A DNA stretch of 64,000 nt, taken from assembly GCA_008632985.1 (NCBI GenBank), contig QPGO01000114.1:124001-188000 (forward strand), given 5' to 3'. Under the pieces are notes generated by a model. That model was not told the origin of the DNA, made no database searches, and was given only the letters and a program-made list of their open reading frames with translations. Of this stretch, positions 12,476 through 24,315 are shown piece after piece. A program made the position numbers and the translations under genes. The stretch is from Psammoneis japonica. Its lineage: Eukaryota. Each line of letters starts with the position of its first letter. Positions within the stretch are counted from its first letter, which is position 1.

Positions 12476-12754
12476 ATGAATGCGTCTACCGGCACGCACC
12501 GCATGAGGTGACCCGGGTGTGCGAAGCGCGCGTGTGTCGGTCGACGCATAGACTCACGATGGAGAGTGTGGTTGTCGCGCGAAATTCGCGCGTTTTGAGC
12601 AAAATGCCCGCAGGTGCAGCGCGCCAATTCTTGGCGTTCGGAATTTTTCTGAAAAAAAAAAGAAGAATCGAAAGCGCACTTCAGCACAGCACAACATGGC
12701 AAGTGCTCGTTCAGTGCGACTGCTGCTCCTGTTGTTTCCATCAACACATCTACA

Positions 12755-13591
12755 ATGCCCGGTGGTCGTAACTCTGTAGGCGGTGGTGGTGCCGAGGTCA
12801 CTGTGAATGCCATTCTCAACCGTGAGAATGCTCATCGCGGCGGCATCAAGGAAGGTCAGACGCTCACGGGTGTCATGGCCGAAACAGCAGCAATTGGCGG
12901 TGACCTCGAAACTTGCATGAAGAATGCTGTCGAGAACGATGAAGACGTCGACAAGTTTCTTCAAGAATGCCGTGATCGTCTCAAGAAGCTTGCGGAACGT
13001 CGGCTTCACGCGCAACGTAACATCGATGCCTTTATGCACGTGGTTCGTCAGGACGTTCTCCACGAAGAATCTGAGAATTTCGAGGAACTGATTGACACCA
13101 AAATGAAGGAACATCACAATGCAAGGAAGGACTCTTGTTCGGATGTCAAGCAAGAAGAAACTTGTCGCGAAATTTGCAGCCGTCTCGGTGAGAAGCAAGC
13201 TGCTGCTCGCAATGGCAACGATGATGACGATGATGACCTTGAGGTGCTGGGTGGCGGAGAGTCGCTTGTGTGTCCCATTGTGGGAACACTCTTTGTTGAT
13301 CCTGTCACGAACAAGGCCTGCAATCACACTTGCTCGCGTGCCGGCATCATGCAAGTCATTTCTCATGGTCTGGCGTGTCCCGTTGCGGGGTGTGCTAACC
13401 AAAAGGTTGCCGTAGATCAGTTGGAAGCCAATCCAGAGATGGTGTTCAAGGTCAAGAGGCAGGAGCGTCGGCAAAAGTTGCAGCTCTTGAACCGTCAGAC
13501 TCAGGAGATTGATGATTCTGATGACGATTCAGATGACGACGATGCGGAGAAGAAGGAGTTACGGGTGATTAAGGTTGAAAAAGGTGTCTAA
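12755..13591 (+). CDS. NSE2: NSE2/MMS21-like SP-RING SUMO E3 ligase (SMC5/6 subunit), Tyr-free and probably mutated
   Basis: SLVCPIVGTLFVDPVTNKACNHTCSRAGI...CPVAGC matches the zf-Nse SP-RING, preceded by a helical region and DDDLEV. No Tyr in 278 aa. Confidence 0.8.
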   Translation: MPGGRNSVGGGGAEVTVNAILNRENAHRGGIKEGQTLTGVMAETAAIGGDLETCMKNAVENDEDVDKFLQECRDRLKKLAERRLHAQRNIDAFMHVVRQDVLHEESENFEELIDTKMKEHHNARKDSCSDVKQEETCREICSRLGEKQAAARNGNDDDDDDLEVLGGGESLVCPIVGTLFVDPVTNKACNHTCSRAGIMQVISHGLACPVAGCANQKVAVDQLEANPEMVFKVKRQERRQKLQLLNRQTQEIDDSDDDSDDDDAEKKELRVIKVEKGV

Positions 13592-14376
13592 CTGGGACAC
13601 TTGACGCAGTGTCCATAAACATTGCACACCATGGACCTTGAAGGCTTTGAGATCGGGTGCGCTGGAAAGTTGCACAGGTGCAAGTCAAGGCGACGGCATG
13701 GGGGGGGAGCATTCTCAAGCAGGTTACGGCCTTATGTGCCGAGTGCTTTAGGTGGTGTGATTTTTGATTGTCAATGCCGATTGGATTCGGTCCACTCTCT
13801 ATTGCAATTGCTGTTGCACCGGCAGTCACGTCACCTTGTTACACGCGAGAAATCTTTGACACCACATTTTGCCTTCTTTCTTACCGCCGTCACACTGTTG
13901 TCCACGCCAACGTTTTCCACAAACTGATGGGCTTGCGTTCCTCCTTATAACACTCGATCGTCGTCGGGCACGACTGGCGAAAGACTCGGAACCATGGCGG
14001 ATGCTATGCTGCACTGTACATGGTGCGCAGGGCAGGCCCTGGTTTTTAAGTGGCTTGGGCGATGAGAGTCCTACGCTCTTTAGGATTGTTGGATCAGGCG
14101 TTGATGCGATGTCGACTTGTGCAACTCTTTGTTTTCACACCTGTTGACAGCCGTTAAAATCAAAACCAAGCTCTTGTTTTCTCCAAGCTAAACCCCTCTA
14201 TAGTGCAACATGAAAGTCGCAATGACGATTTTCTAATTTTCCATTTTATAAACTACAGTCGAGAAAAGATTCGAACTTACGTACTACGATTACTAACTGC
14301 AGTTTGATACCAACACTCACGTACGGTAAAGCCTGGGTCTTGCTCCACTATCCTTGATTAGTGTTTCCCGAATGTG

Positions 14377-14658
14377 CATTTTGGTCGGACCAAATTGGAA
14401 AACGTCATTTTGGTCGGGGGAATTTGGCGCGCTTTCGGCGGGAATGTCTTCCGTTGGAAAGCGCGCATGTCGACATGCCGCGCAAATTTCGTAGGAGCTA
14501 CGTCAGAATTGTTTGTGTAGAAATGTGCATGAAAATGAATTTGGTCGAGATTTCGCAAATGTCAATTTGGTCGACCAAATTGATTTGGTCGGTTTGGCAA
14601 TTTGGTCGACAAAAGTGTTTTGGTTCGACCAAAATGCCAATTTGGTCCGACCAAAATG
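14377..14658. mobile_element. MITE-like element with 22-bp inverted repeats and many internal tttggtcg(accaaa) palindromic units
   Basis: cattttggtcggaccaaattgg ... ccaatttggtccgaccaaaatg. Confidence 0.7.
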
Positions 14659-14864
14659 TGGCGAAAATCCGTTTGTGATCGGTGAAAAGGGAGAAAGAAG
14701 TGAGGATCGCTCTTCAAACCACTTCAGCATTTTAGACCAAGCTCGCTGCCCTCGCAACCCCCTCCATTCCCTCCTTTCTCCTCTCCCCTCCCCCCCCTCT
14801 CTTGGAGTCACTGCCCCCCCAAAATCGCTGCCAGACTCCCAGTGGAGAGTGTCGGCAACCAACC

Positions 14865-15930
14865 ATGACTGAAACCAGTGACAACAGCATGATGATTTGC
14901 GGCGTCAACTTGGGTGGTTGGTTGCTCAGTGAGCGCTTCATTGCTCCCCATTTATTTGCACTGACGGATTGTCACTTGGATGGAATTTTTTTTTGGAACA
15001 TCCTGGCACGCAGTGTCGCGACACTGTGCGGATTGCAAGCCTCTGTTGGAAGAGCGCCTCTCGAATGAGGCAGATTGTCCCATTGACGCACATGCGCTCA
15101 TGGGCTCATGGGATCATGGACAGTTTTGATGACAAGATTGCTGCCAAGCGGTGCATGGAGCATGGAAAAGCTCACAGCTGCAGGATTTGCGCACACTGCA
15201 CCAGGCCCCAGAATGGATTTGACAGTTCGGGACAATTTTCAGGAGGAAACAAACCGACCGGAAAGGGATTGTGATTTTCCCGTGATGCGAGACTGCGACA
15301 TGCGTGCCAAGAAAATTGCATGTGACAAGCTCGGGGTGGACACCGCTGTGCATGTTGGCGACTTGTCTGACGTTGCGGTCTGGAATCATCCAGAAGACAA
15401 TGTTCATTTGGGCTCCCCGCATTTTCGGTCATGTGAGTCCGCGTCAGCATTGGGCTTGTGTGTCGAAAACAATGCCGTGATGCATCAGGGTGTTGTTCCA
15501 ACATTGGAGTGAAGCGCATGATTGGTGAATGGAGTGCAGCCTTTGACACACTGGTGGGTGCCCAGTTGGATCGAGTTCATGGAGGGAATTGCGTGAAACA
15601 GCGTGGCTCCATTCTTGAACCGGACCCTGCCACCCAAGCATCAAGACTTTTTAAAGCACTGCGTCCAGGCTCAAATGGTCGCGCGTGAAAATGTGACGGA
15701 CGCTTGGTTTCATTGGAATCTCAAGACCAAGGGCGGTGCCTTTGCGGAGTGGGATTTTTTGTGTGGACTCCACGAGGGATGGATGACGGCTCCAATTTCT
15801 TCTTCCCTGCAAGAAACAGTGCTGGATGCCAAGGACGATCACAGCATTGTGCACGAGTGCCCCAATGCTTCCCCAATGAATCCCAGCAATTGGCGGGGCG
15901 CGGATGTCGATGATGATGTTGTCATGTCAC
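14865..15930 (+). pseudogene. GH5 exo-1,3-beta-glucanase-like pseudogene
   Basis: ICGVNLGGWLLSERFIAPHLFA, MIGEWSAAFD, AQMVARE..AWFHWNLK..GGAFAEWDF; deletions, frameshifts, Tyr positions read His/Arg/Cys. Confidence 0.8.
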
Positions 15931-16419
15931 ACAGAGAGTCCTTGTTGACAAAGAACCACACAAGTGCCAGTTTTGCCCTGGTCCTGGAGACGAGCATCTT
16001 CCAGTCAATCATTTCGACAACAACACGACCCCTGTCACCACTGGTCGAACGCCACTGCCACCACACCATCATCATTGGTCGTTTGGCTCCGTCCCATTGA
16101 TTGTTTTGATCGTTTTGAGTGTCAACCATCACAAACAGGAACGATGCACCGCATTGAGATCCTCCGATGAACACCACTCGCTTGTCGTTCAGAAGAGAAG
16201 TTGCAACTGGAGTGTGCGATTAGAGCCAATGTTGGCCGTCCCTCCCGAAATGAAAGCTGGAATGATGCAACGGCTCATTCAAGATTTGAGAAAAAAAAGC
16301 CACTTCTCCGACAATGCGATGATTGTGTCCTTGGCCAATTGGATTGTCGGCCTTTGTCATCGTCTGTCCCACTCTCCTTGGGGTGATCCAGAAAAAAATT
16401 CCAAAGCCGTGCAATGCCT

Positions 16420-16530
16420 TTGAGGAAGCCAATGCTCCACAAGCACCAGGTGGATGCTGTTTTTGCTGGACACGTTCACAGCATGGAATTGACCACGCAG
16501 TCTTGCACAACCAATCCGATTGCAGCGCTG
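16420..16530 (+). pseudogene. Purple acid phosphatase / metallophosphoesterase C-terminal fragment
   Basis: PMLHKHQVDAVFAGHVHS corresponds to EPxLYKYxVDxVFAGHVHxYER. Confidence 0.6.
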
Positions 16531-19500
16531 TCCACAACACCTCGCACATTTGCAATGCGAGCAAACCCGTCTGTGTGGTGGCCAGTGATCCGTCCGATTG
16601 TGAATCCACACCCCACTTTGAGGACAGCAGGGAATGGACACTTTGGCGCTTGCACAAGTTTGTTCATGCTGCAAGTGCGCTGACGGCTGCACAGGCTCAG
16701 ATGTTCAGGTTGGGCCTGCCATCGAGAGTGATGAGATTGTTGCGATTGAATTTTTTGTGCATTCTGCAACGCGACAAGCAGCTCATCGGGTCACTCTGGC
16801 CAAGCCCAGAAAATGCGATGATTTCAAGGAGGACAGCGACCCAGCCATCCAACAACCGAATGCCGACAACTGAACGATGAACGTGAGTGCGAACACCTCA
16901 TGCCTGCGAAATCAACGCTGTTGCGGCAGTCACCAGTCGGAACAAATGTCGCACCTGGGAACAAAACCAATGGAGTTTTGGACATCAATGCGTCCAGTGC
17001 AAGTTGGGCACAAGTTGCCGCTCTCCGACAAATCTGCAACTCGCTGGGAGGTCCGTCCTGGCTCATGGCAAAGGATGGGTCGGTGCTGACAGCATCGCCA
17101 ACAGCAAAAATGCTTGTGGATGGTGTGGTGTCACTTGCCAGCCTGTGGTCGACCAAATGCTCCCCGATGCGGGATCTGGATCTAACTGCGGCATGATGGC
17201 TCTACGTCTGGCGTTCAACGATTTGCGCATTTCGAGCTCTTGGAACTTCGTTGCAGACAATCGACCTTTCGTCAAATTTGTCAATGGCAAGCTCTGCATT
17301 TTGGAAGAGGTGTTGCCAAGAGCACACACTGTTGCTCTTTCTCCGTGGTCTTCTTCTGCTGCGTCCACATCAGGGCATCTGTCTCGTCATCGCAGTGCCC
17401 ATCACAGCACTCAGGAGCGAAGCAAAAGGGAAAGGGGTTTCACGCGAGGTTGCTCGGTTGGCTGCTCAAGCTGCCGTCAGTGTCTCCTCCTCATCTCAGC
17501 AGAGCATTCTAACGAGACTAAATTGACAGCGCATTGCCTCATCAACCTCACCTCTCCAGGTGGTGGATGATCATGTTGTGCTCACATCATTGCGTGTGGC
17601 ACGGTTTCACAGTCAATCATAAACTGATGCTCTGTTGTTGTTTCCGACAACTCCACGTGTCCAGCCAGTTCTGCAAACTGAATCATGATTCATTCTCAGT
17701 GTGGTGTGCGAGCTCGAATTGTGATGAAAACAGCAAAGATTGCCACCACAACAAAACCGAGTGCAATTTTATGTGCTGCGTCCCACGAGGAATCATCTTC
17801 ATCAGAGCAGTCATTGTGACTTGAATGAGGTGGAACGCAGACACGATCTAAAGCAATCCCCTTCTCTTTTTGTTGCAGTGGCACTGGAGGATTGCTCTCC
17901 TGGCACACAACTTCCACACATTGTGCACGACAATCGTTCACATTGCTTTTTGTGCACTGCCCTCTAACTGCCTGCTGTCTGCCGCACCGCACTGTCTGTC
18001 ATTTGTCGCTCATTTGTCATCCTTCCTTCGGCCGGCTCCTCTTCTTCACATTGGGTGCTTCATCAGTTGATCCACCACGACGGTGACGCAATCCGAGCTG
18101 ATTCGAGAAAGGGTCGCTGCGAATCGATGCATTGACCCGTGATTCCACATCATCCACAAACCTGGCAAACATGGCAACAGGATCACTTGTGGAATTGATC
18201 AAAGCCGCGGCTGTGATGCTTTGAGACATGATGGCATTCACAGTGCCTTTCTCATGTGCGTCACGAATCAGCACGATAAAACGATCAAGCTCACCCCGAC
18301 GCGAAGCCTTGCACTCATCCTCGCTCATCCTTGTGCGATCTGCAGTCGGATGCTCTTCATCCACCTTGCGATGAATTGACATCAATCGCTCGATTGGCAG
18401 TGACACGCCCATGGGAGCTGCAGCTGCGACGATGTTTGATGCTTCGGCATGACGTCGCCTGTGATTGGATCTTTCCATCTCTGTCGCATCCTCGACAAAG
18501 GTGTCGCATGTCGTGAGATGAAGCTGAAATGCACAATCATCTTCCATCATTGCGCCAGTCGGAAACAACCCCTTTTAAGACATTTTAAACACCAAATTTG
18601 GAGTTGGGCCAAAAATTGAACCACCACATTTGGTTTCGTGACTGGCTTTTAAGCCACTCGTGAATCGAAATGAGCTCAAGATTTGGCGGGTGACATCACT
18701 CCCTCCAAGAGGAGGCAGCGAGTTGCAGGTGTTGTTGACATTTTTTTCATGCTTTGCACTCGCTGGCAACTGCATTTCCCTGCAATGCAATGTCTTGCAA
18801 CAATGATGAAAATTTCCTGAGGACTTGTGGAGCTGGCAAGTGTTTCTTTTTTGGTGCATGCCCCATTTCGAGTGGCAACAAGCACTCAGTTGCAACAGTC
18901 GAATTGTTCTCCTGCTCCGCTGCCTTTGCTTTTTTGACATCAGACGCAATTGCAAAGGCTCTTCTCGTCCACAAATTCAATGACAAATCTGACCCAGATC
19001 CTCCGTTTGGAGAGCATTGATTGCGAGCGATGCATGGTGCTGCGTCATTTCTCTGGTTCACGACCGAGATCTCGAACATTGTGCCAATCCGTCGTCTCGA
19101 CTGCTTCTCGGGCGGTCTTGACACCTCAAGCCACAAATCAGACGGGACGCACGCCTTTTAGTGCCGTTTTTAAAAATGAACAAACAGTTGTTTTTTAGCT
19201 CTCTAGAGCATTGCAGGCAGGCAGATCTTTTTGCGCGGGCAACCGACTGTGGAATGCAGAAGATTGTGATGATGGCAAGGTGTTCTTGTGGTTGTGCTTT
19301 GGCTGCAGCTTGCATTGACCAGTCCAAAGAGACAGTGGGGACGTGATCATTTTGACAAAGAGCTGCCACCATTCGTTTTCTTTACCTCCAAACGACCAAA
19401 TCTAATTTTGAAAAGCATGCTCCCAATGAATCAAGTCGCTGGTGACTTTCATCATCTCAAAGCGAAGAACACGATGGAAACCTGCAGAGAAGAGCCAATG

Positions 19501-20218
19501 TGCCAATTCAGCATTTCAAAAAATGTTGAATCATCAAGCATTCCCAAGAAGATGAACCAACGATCACTGCTTGCCACAGACCGACTGGAGTGTTTTGGCG
19601 CGTCGAATTTTTTGGCGCCGTGACTCGGGCGAAGCATCAAAGTGCTCGGCGGAGCATGACTCTTGGTGTTCAGGCTTCACAAACAACTTGGCACTTCCAA
19701 CCAGTTTCTTCTTGGAGTGAAAACATCAATTCCTGGACTTCTTGGCTGGCGGCGGGTGCACAAATGCTTCGCATTCTTCGTTGCTCAAATTTGCTGAAAT
19801 TTGATGATGTTGTTCCTCGAAAGCACGGGGCGAATTGGGGACATCAATGCCACCTGCAAGCATGTCAGCAACGTTTGTCTGTTGTCTGTGCACCCCAACG
19901 GGAGAGGGAGGTGGTGGGAGGGAACAGTCTGCCTCGTCGGGTGACGCAGTTGGACCCGTCATGGCGGAAGCAGTTTTGCCGGAAAAATTGCGCGAAAATG
20001 CCGCATTTTTGACAGGCACTGCTCAACGACTGAAGGTCACACGGAGATGATCGAAGAGTGGAAACACGTGTTTTAGAGTGCGCAGAATTCGTTCATGCAG
20101 TCATTTGGGGCTCAAACCTGATTTTGTCGGACACAATCGCTGAGTCAAAATTTGAAACACCACATGTGGTGTTTAAATTTTTTGAAACACCACACATGGT
20201 GCTTGTTCCCGATTGGCG

Positions 20219-20640
20219 TCAAAGGAAGACGGTCATCACCGCCCTCCTCCTTGTCCCCTCCACTGCCAGACATGATGCCGGCATGGAAAAAAATGATGTC
20301 AGTTGTTGATCAGCGTGCCTTTTTGAGAATGCGTGTGTGTGTGGGGCCTGCTGCAGTGCCTGCCAGCTAGCCAGCCAGTGCACACGCGAATCAATCTACT
20401 CTTCATTCATTGGATGGCGATGAATGGATCCGTCTGTGTCTCCCACCTGACCCACCGGCAAACCCAAACGGACTGGAGGTGTTGCATGTCGTGAGATGAA
20501 GCTGAAACGTGTGATCATCATCCATCATCAAAGGAAGACGGTCATCACCGCCCTCCTCCTCGTCCCCTCCACTGCCAGACATGATGGAAAAAAATGATGT
20601 CAGCATTGTTGATCAGCGCACCTTTTTGAGAATGCGTGCG
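20219..20640. repeat. Direct repeat pair (20219-20380 and 20528-20640; the second copy continues at 22634-22672 after an insertion)
   Basis: tcaaaggaagacggtcatcaccgccctcctcc...gaatgcgtg occurs twice; the continuation gggcctgctgcag...gctagc follows the inserted element. Confidence 0.85.
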
Positions 20641-22633
20641 CATGTCCCCAACCCGTGACTTGAGGGGTCACAAAATGCACCCTCACTTTTCAGTCACGAA
20701 TTAAGATGTCAGAACGATTTGATGCGAAACTTGCCTGAACATGACAAAACAGAAGCTTTCCTTCTAAAACAGGCCATCATCGCAAAATGTGGTCGCCAAA
20801 TGCATTTCGATGCCCTGCAAGCTCGTTAAAGCCAAAGCTTTTTCGTCCAAATTGATCGCCAAAACTGAGCAGGGGACACAATGTGCACTGCACCCTCACG
20901 CAACGCATTTTTCGCGACAATTGTTGCACTGCACATGTGACACTGTTGACATTGTGTGTGTGGCTGGCTGATCCAAAAACAGCAAAAACGACGTTTTCCC
21001 GCGCTGCGAACGCCAACTCACACACCGCAAGAAATCGACCATGACAACATCGACAGGCGGCGCTCGATTGTGGCGCCCACACGCTTCCTGACAATCACAT
21101 CAGCAAAGAATGCATTGCCATTCGCTGCAACAAATGTGCCCATGAAAAGAGAGGTGAGAAAAAGTGGAAGAATGGACAAAACACCGCATTCTGCACCATC
21201 TGCTCGATTTTCGCTGGGGCCCCACTTGTTTCTCATGCTTGTGTTGTGTTTTCGGTTTGTTCTCAACAGATTGACAAGGGCACAACCCATTGTTTCCTGA
21301 AGGTCTCAAAGAATTTGAGTCTGCTGGGTTGCTCTTGTCACCAAGTGTGCCAAGTGAGCACGGGGCTTGGAACTTCGGGCTTGTTTGTCGCGTTGCCGAT
21401 GGAATCAACAATCCACCCAACTCAGCAGGAGCAGCCCGAATCCCTGGAATGGTGAACAGCATCAAGAGGCAGCAGTGGCAGTGGTGACAGGTCCAACCGC
21501 TGCAACTGTGCGACAAGTGGCAGACGCGTTCCAGCCCTGGGTGGGACTCCGTGTGACATTGGGCCCACAGAATTCTGCGTGCGAGCTCCGCAGTGCGAGA
21601 ATTTAATTGATGGACACACTCATCTTCAACATCAAACAAACGGCCAAGTTTGTGGCACAATTGTGCCTCTCACCACTCGACGTCATTGCAGACGTGCCTG
21701 CCCCACGCGATTCTTAAGACATTGTAGAATCGCGCTGCAACAAAAAATGTCAAAAGTTGTTGGACGGATCGCTCAACAAGTGCACCGTAAAATGACACAA
21801 AACATCGAAAAAATCACACAGAAATCTGTGTGCGCGACATGCGACGTGATTCAAAAAACTGTCGATGTCACAGTTCAGCAGTGCGAGGTCCCACCCAGAC
21901 CTGGAGCGCGTGGGCAGCAGCAGCAGCGGCAGCATGCGCAATCGATGGAACTGTTCATTCAGGAATCGGAAGAGTTTTCGGCACATGTTGACAGTGCCAA
22001 CCAGATGCTGGAGTTGGCTCGGCAACAAAGGGAACATGCATGCTTTGCTCTCTAGCATGGTCACTCTTGTTGATGCCGAAAGTGGATGTTGCAACAGATT
22101 TTGAAACACAGTGCACAGCGACACACACAGCTGCTTCTGCTTGCTGCATTTTGCTGAGTGACAAAACATTTGGTGACAATGCAATGTGTGCTGTGACTTT
22201 GCATTTTGCAGCGCATTGCTGCACAACACAATGCATTGCTGCACAACACAAACAGTGTTGTGTGTGGCCATTGACAACTTCGCCAACAATTGCTTTGTGT
22301 GACACAGCACACCCAACAACTGCTGGCTGAGGTGGTTGTTAGTTTCATGTGACCGTTGCAGCAACGCTCATGATCTGTTGCTGAGAATTCTGCCACTTCC
22401 GCATCAAAAAATTTGGCCATGTTGTGATGCAGCATTGTGGCAAGGTTGCAACGTGTTACGGAGACGTTGCAAGGTCAACAGAGGCACTTGTTTGCATGCC
22501 GCCGATGGCTTCATGACTCACCCTCTGAGGGTGCATTTTATGTCCCCGAAGGTGGCGGAATCCGGATTCTGGATTTTTGACAAAAACACCGTCGGGGACA
22601 TTTTGTGACCCCTTGGCGCGGGTTGGGGACATG
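20641..22633. mobile_element. About 2-kb non-autonomous TIR element inserted in the second repeat copy
   Basis: catgtccccaacccg...aggggtcacaaaatg at 20641 is inverted at 22599-22633; the flanks rejoin to match the uninterrupted copy. Confidence 0.8.
21523..21912. mobile_element. 390-bp MITE copy 2 (inverted relative to copy 1), TSD GGCA
   Basis: Colinear reverse-complement match to 10315-10704; GGCA on both sides. Confidence 0.95.
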
Positions 22634-22809
22634 TGCAGGGCCTGCTGCAGCAACTGCTGGCTAGCTGGCTGGCAGAGTCGATCCCAAAATGAGACCCGGC
22701 ACAAATTAACTTTTTCCGCACCCACGCGGTTTCGCGCGATTGCCGCATTTAAACAAAATTTTCAGTTGTGAAGATTGCCAACACAAATGACAAAACTTTT
22801 CCACTCAAA

Positions 22810-23331
22810 TGTGTGAGCCATGTGCAGGGGTTGTGAGTCCCGAAAAACAGGGTTTGGGCCGATTTCTGGTGCAAAACTCACGCAGAAAATTCGCGCAGAA
22901 TGTCTTGTTCGTCGTGCTTTTCCCGTGCTTTGCAAAAAATGGGCCACGACCTCAAGAGGAATCGATTTCAGCCATGACGGTTGACACTTTGCGTGCTTGC
23001 TTTTTGATGACAAACACGACGATGTCCGCCATTCAGAAAAACTCCATTGTTGGAAAATGTTCACTGTGGTTGGACCGCGGTGAAGTGTTGATCGAATTTC
23101 TGAAAAAATGGAATTTTGAAGTGTTCACAAACAGAATCGTGTTGCTTGTGTAAAAGTCATCATGTAAAGTGTCAATGGTTTCAGGGGAAAACGATTCCTT
23201 GAGGCGTCGGTGGAGCAGAGAAGCACGGCAGCAGAAGCACCAGAAAAAAATCGGCCCAAACCCCAATTTTTACAATTTTTTCTGTGCAGAATTTCTGCGT
23301 GATTTTTGTGCCAGTGCACATGGCTTGCACA
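22810..23331. mobile_element. Probable MITE with short TIRs and subterminal inverted motifs
   Basis: tgtgtgagccatgtgca / tgcacatggcttgcaca; gggtttgggccgattt / aaatcggcccaaaccc. Confidence 0.5.
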
Positions 23332-24315
23332 AACAAATGTGTGCTGTTTCGACCGTGACAGTTTTGTCCAATGGCATTGCAAGCCCCAGGACAGACTTTG
23401 GACCTGCAGTTTGGACAGCTGCGAAGAGATCCGTGCCACACGCACAACCGGACGACACATCTGAATGGACCAGGGCAACAGGGTGCAAAAAAGTGACGGA
23501 CAGATGCGTGCATGCTGGGGACGTGTGCAGACACCATGGAAGAGTGACTTTTGGTGACAATTTCCGAAATCTTCGGTCCTGTTCAAAGTTTTGCATCATG
23601 CGTGGGTTTTGTCAGCAGGGCTGTGCACCCTGCTTCACAAGTGTCTAAACTGAATGTCTGTGGGTCGAAATGTGTCAAGCCGAGTCATTCTTCTGAAGCT
23701 GCTGACAAAGAGGAAAGGCAACATTTTCCATTCAAACAACACAACACCAGGAAATGTGTGACCCGGCAAACCCAAACGGGCTGGAGACAGACGAGCATTG
23801 TAAGACGAAGTCAGCAGAGCAGTTGCCGCCCGCAGCCGGCCGACATTTTTTGGGATTGACCACTTTCAAAATGACCAAACTCGCAACCGGTCTTTGTGAC
23901 ACATGGCATGTACGAAATACAACGCAATGACTTTCCCACGGTTCGGGGTCTTGCAACTGCACACACACTGTCATCGGTGACACGCACACACACATCATCC
24001 ACACCCAACACGACACACCAATAAAATTCACACAAGTGGGGTCAGGGCTGGTTTTCTTCGACGTCGAATGTGTATTTTCTTATTAAAGTATATATATATA
24101 TTTAATATATTATCTTTTTTCGAAAACTTGTAAAATATACTGGCATATATATTATATTCCTTTACATCGACGACGCGGCAATTTTTCCATATTCGTGGCC
24201 GGTTAAAAAAGGAAAACGAAAAAAAGAGGGGATTGCAGAAGCTCTCTCAGCTACTCTAGAGCACCTCTACTAGTAGCTAGAGTAGAAGATAGAAACGACG
24301 AGCGACAAGACTACC

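Larger units (their letters stand above)
11901..12568. mobile_element. Non-autonomous TIR element (26-bp TIRs) holding two nested MITEs
   Basis: cactctccatcgtgagtccatgcgtc at 11901 is the reverse complement of gacgcatagactcacgatggagagtg at 12543-12568 with one mismatch. Confidence 0.8.
9490..23900. other. TpA-depleted repeat/pseudogene domain 1 (partly spared around 12.2-14.4 kb)
   Basis: TA is nearly absent by eye; six-frame ORFs lack Tyr and are Cys/His-rich. Boundaries approximate. Confidence 0.9.

Noticed and set aside
12554..13474. 306-aa minus-strand ORF
   Set aside because: Antisense shadow of the NSE2-like ORF.
14377..14658. Possible CRISPR-like array of palindromic repeats
   Set aside because: Units are irregular with no constant-length unique spacers, and the context is eukaryotic.
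10315..21912. Ordinary CpG decay as the sole explanation of CA/TG swaps
   Set aside because: It cannot account for loss of conserved Tyr codons, TpA depletion with CpG retained in the young copia, or TA kept in the younger MITE.
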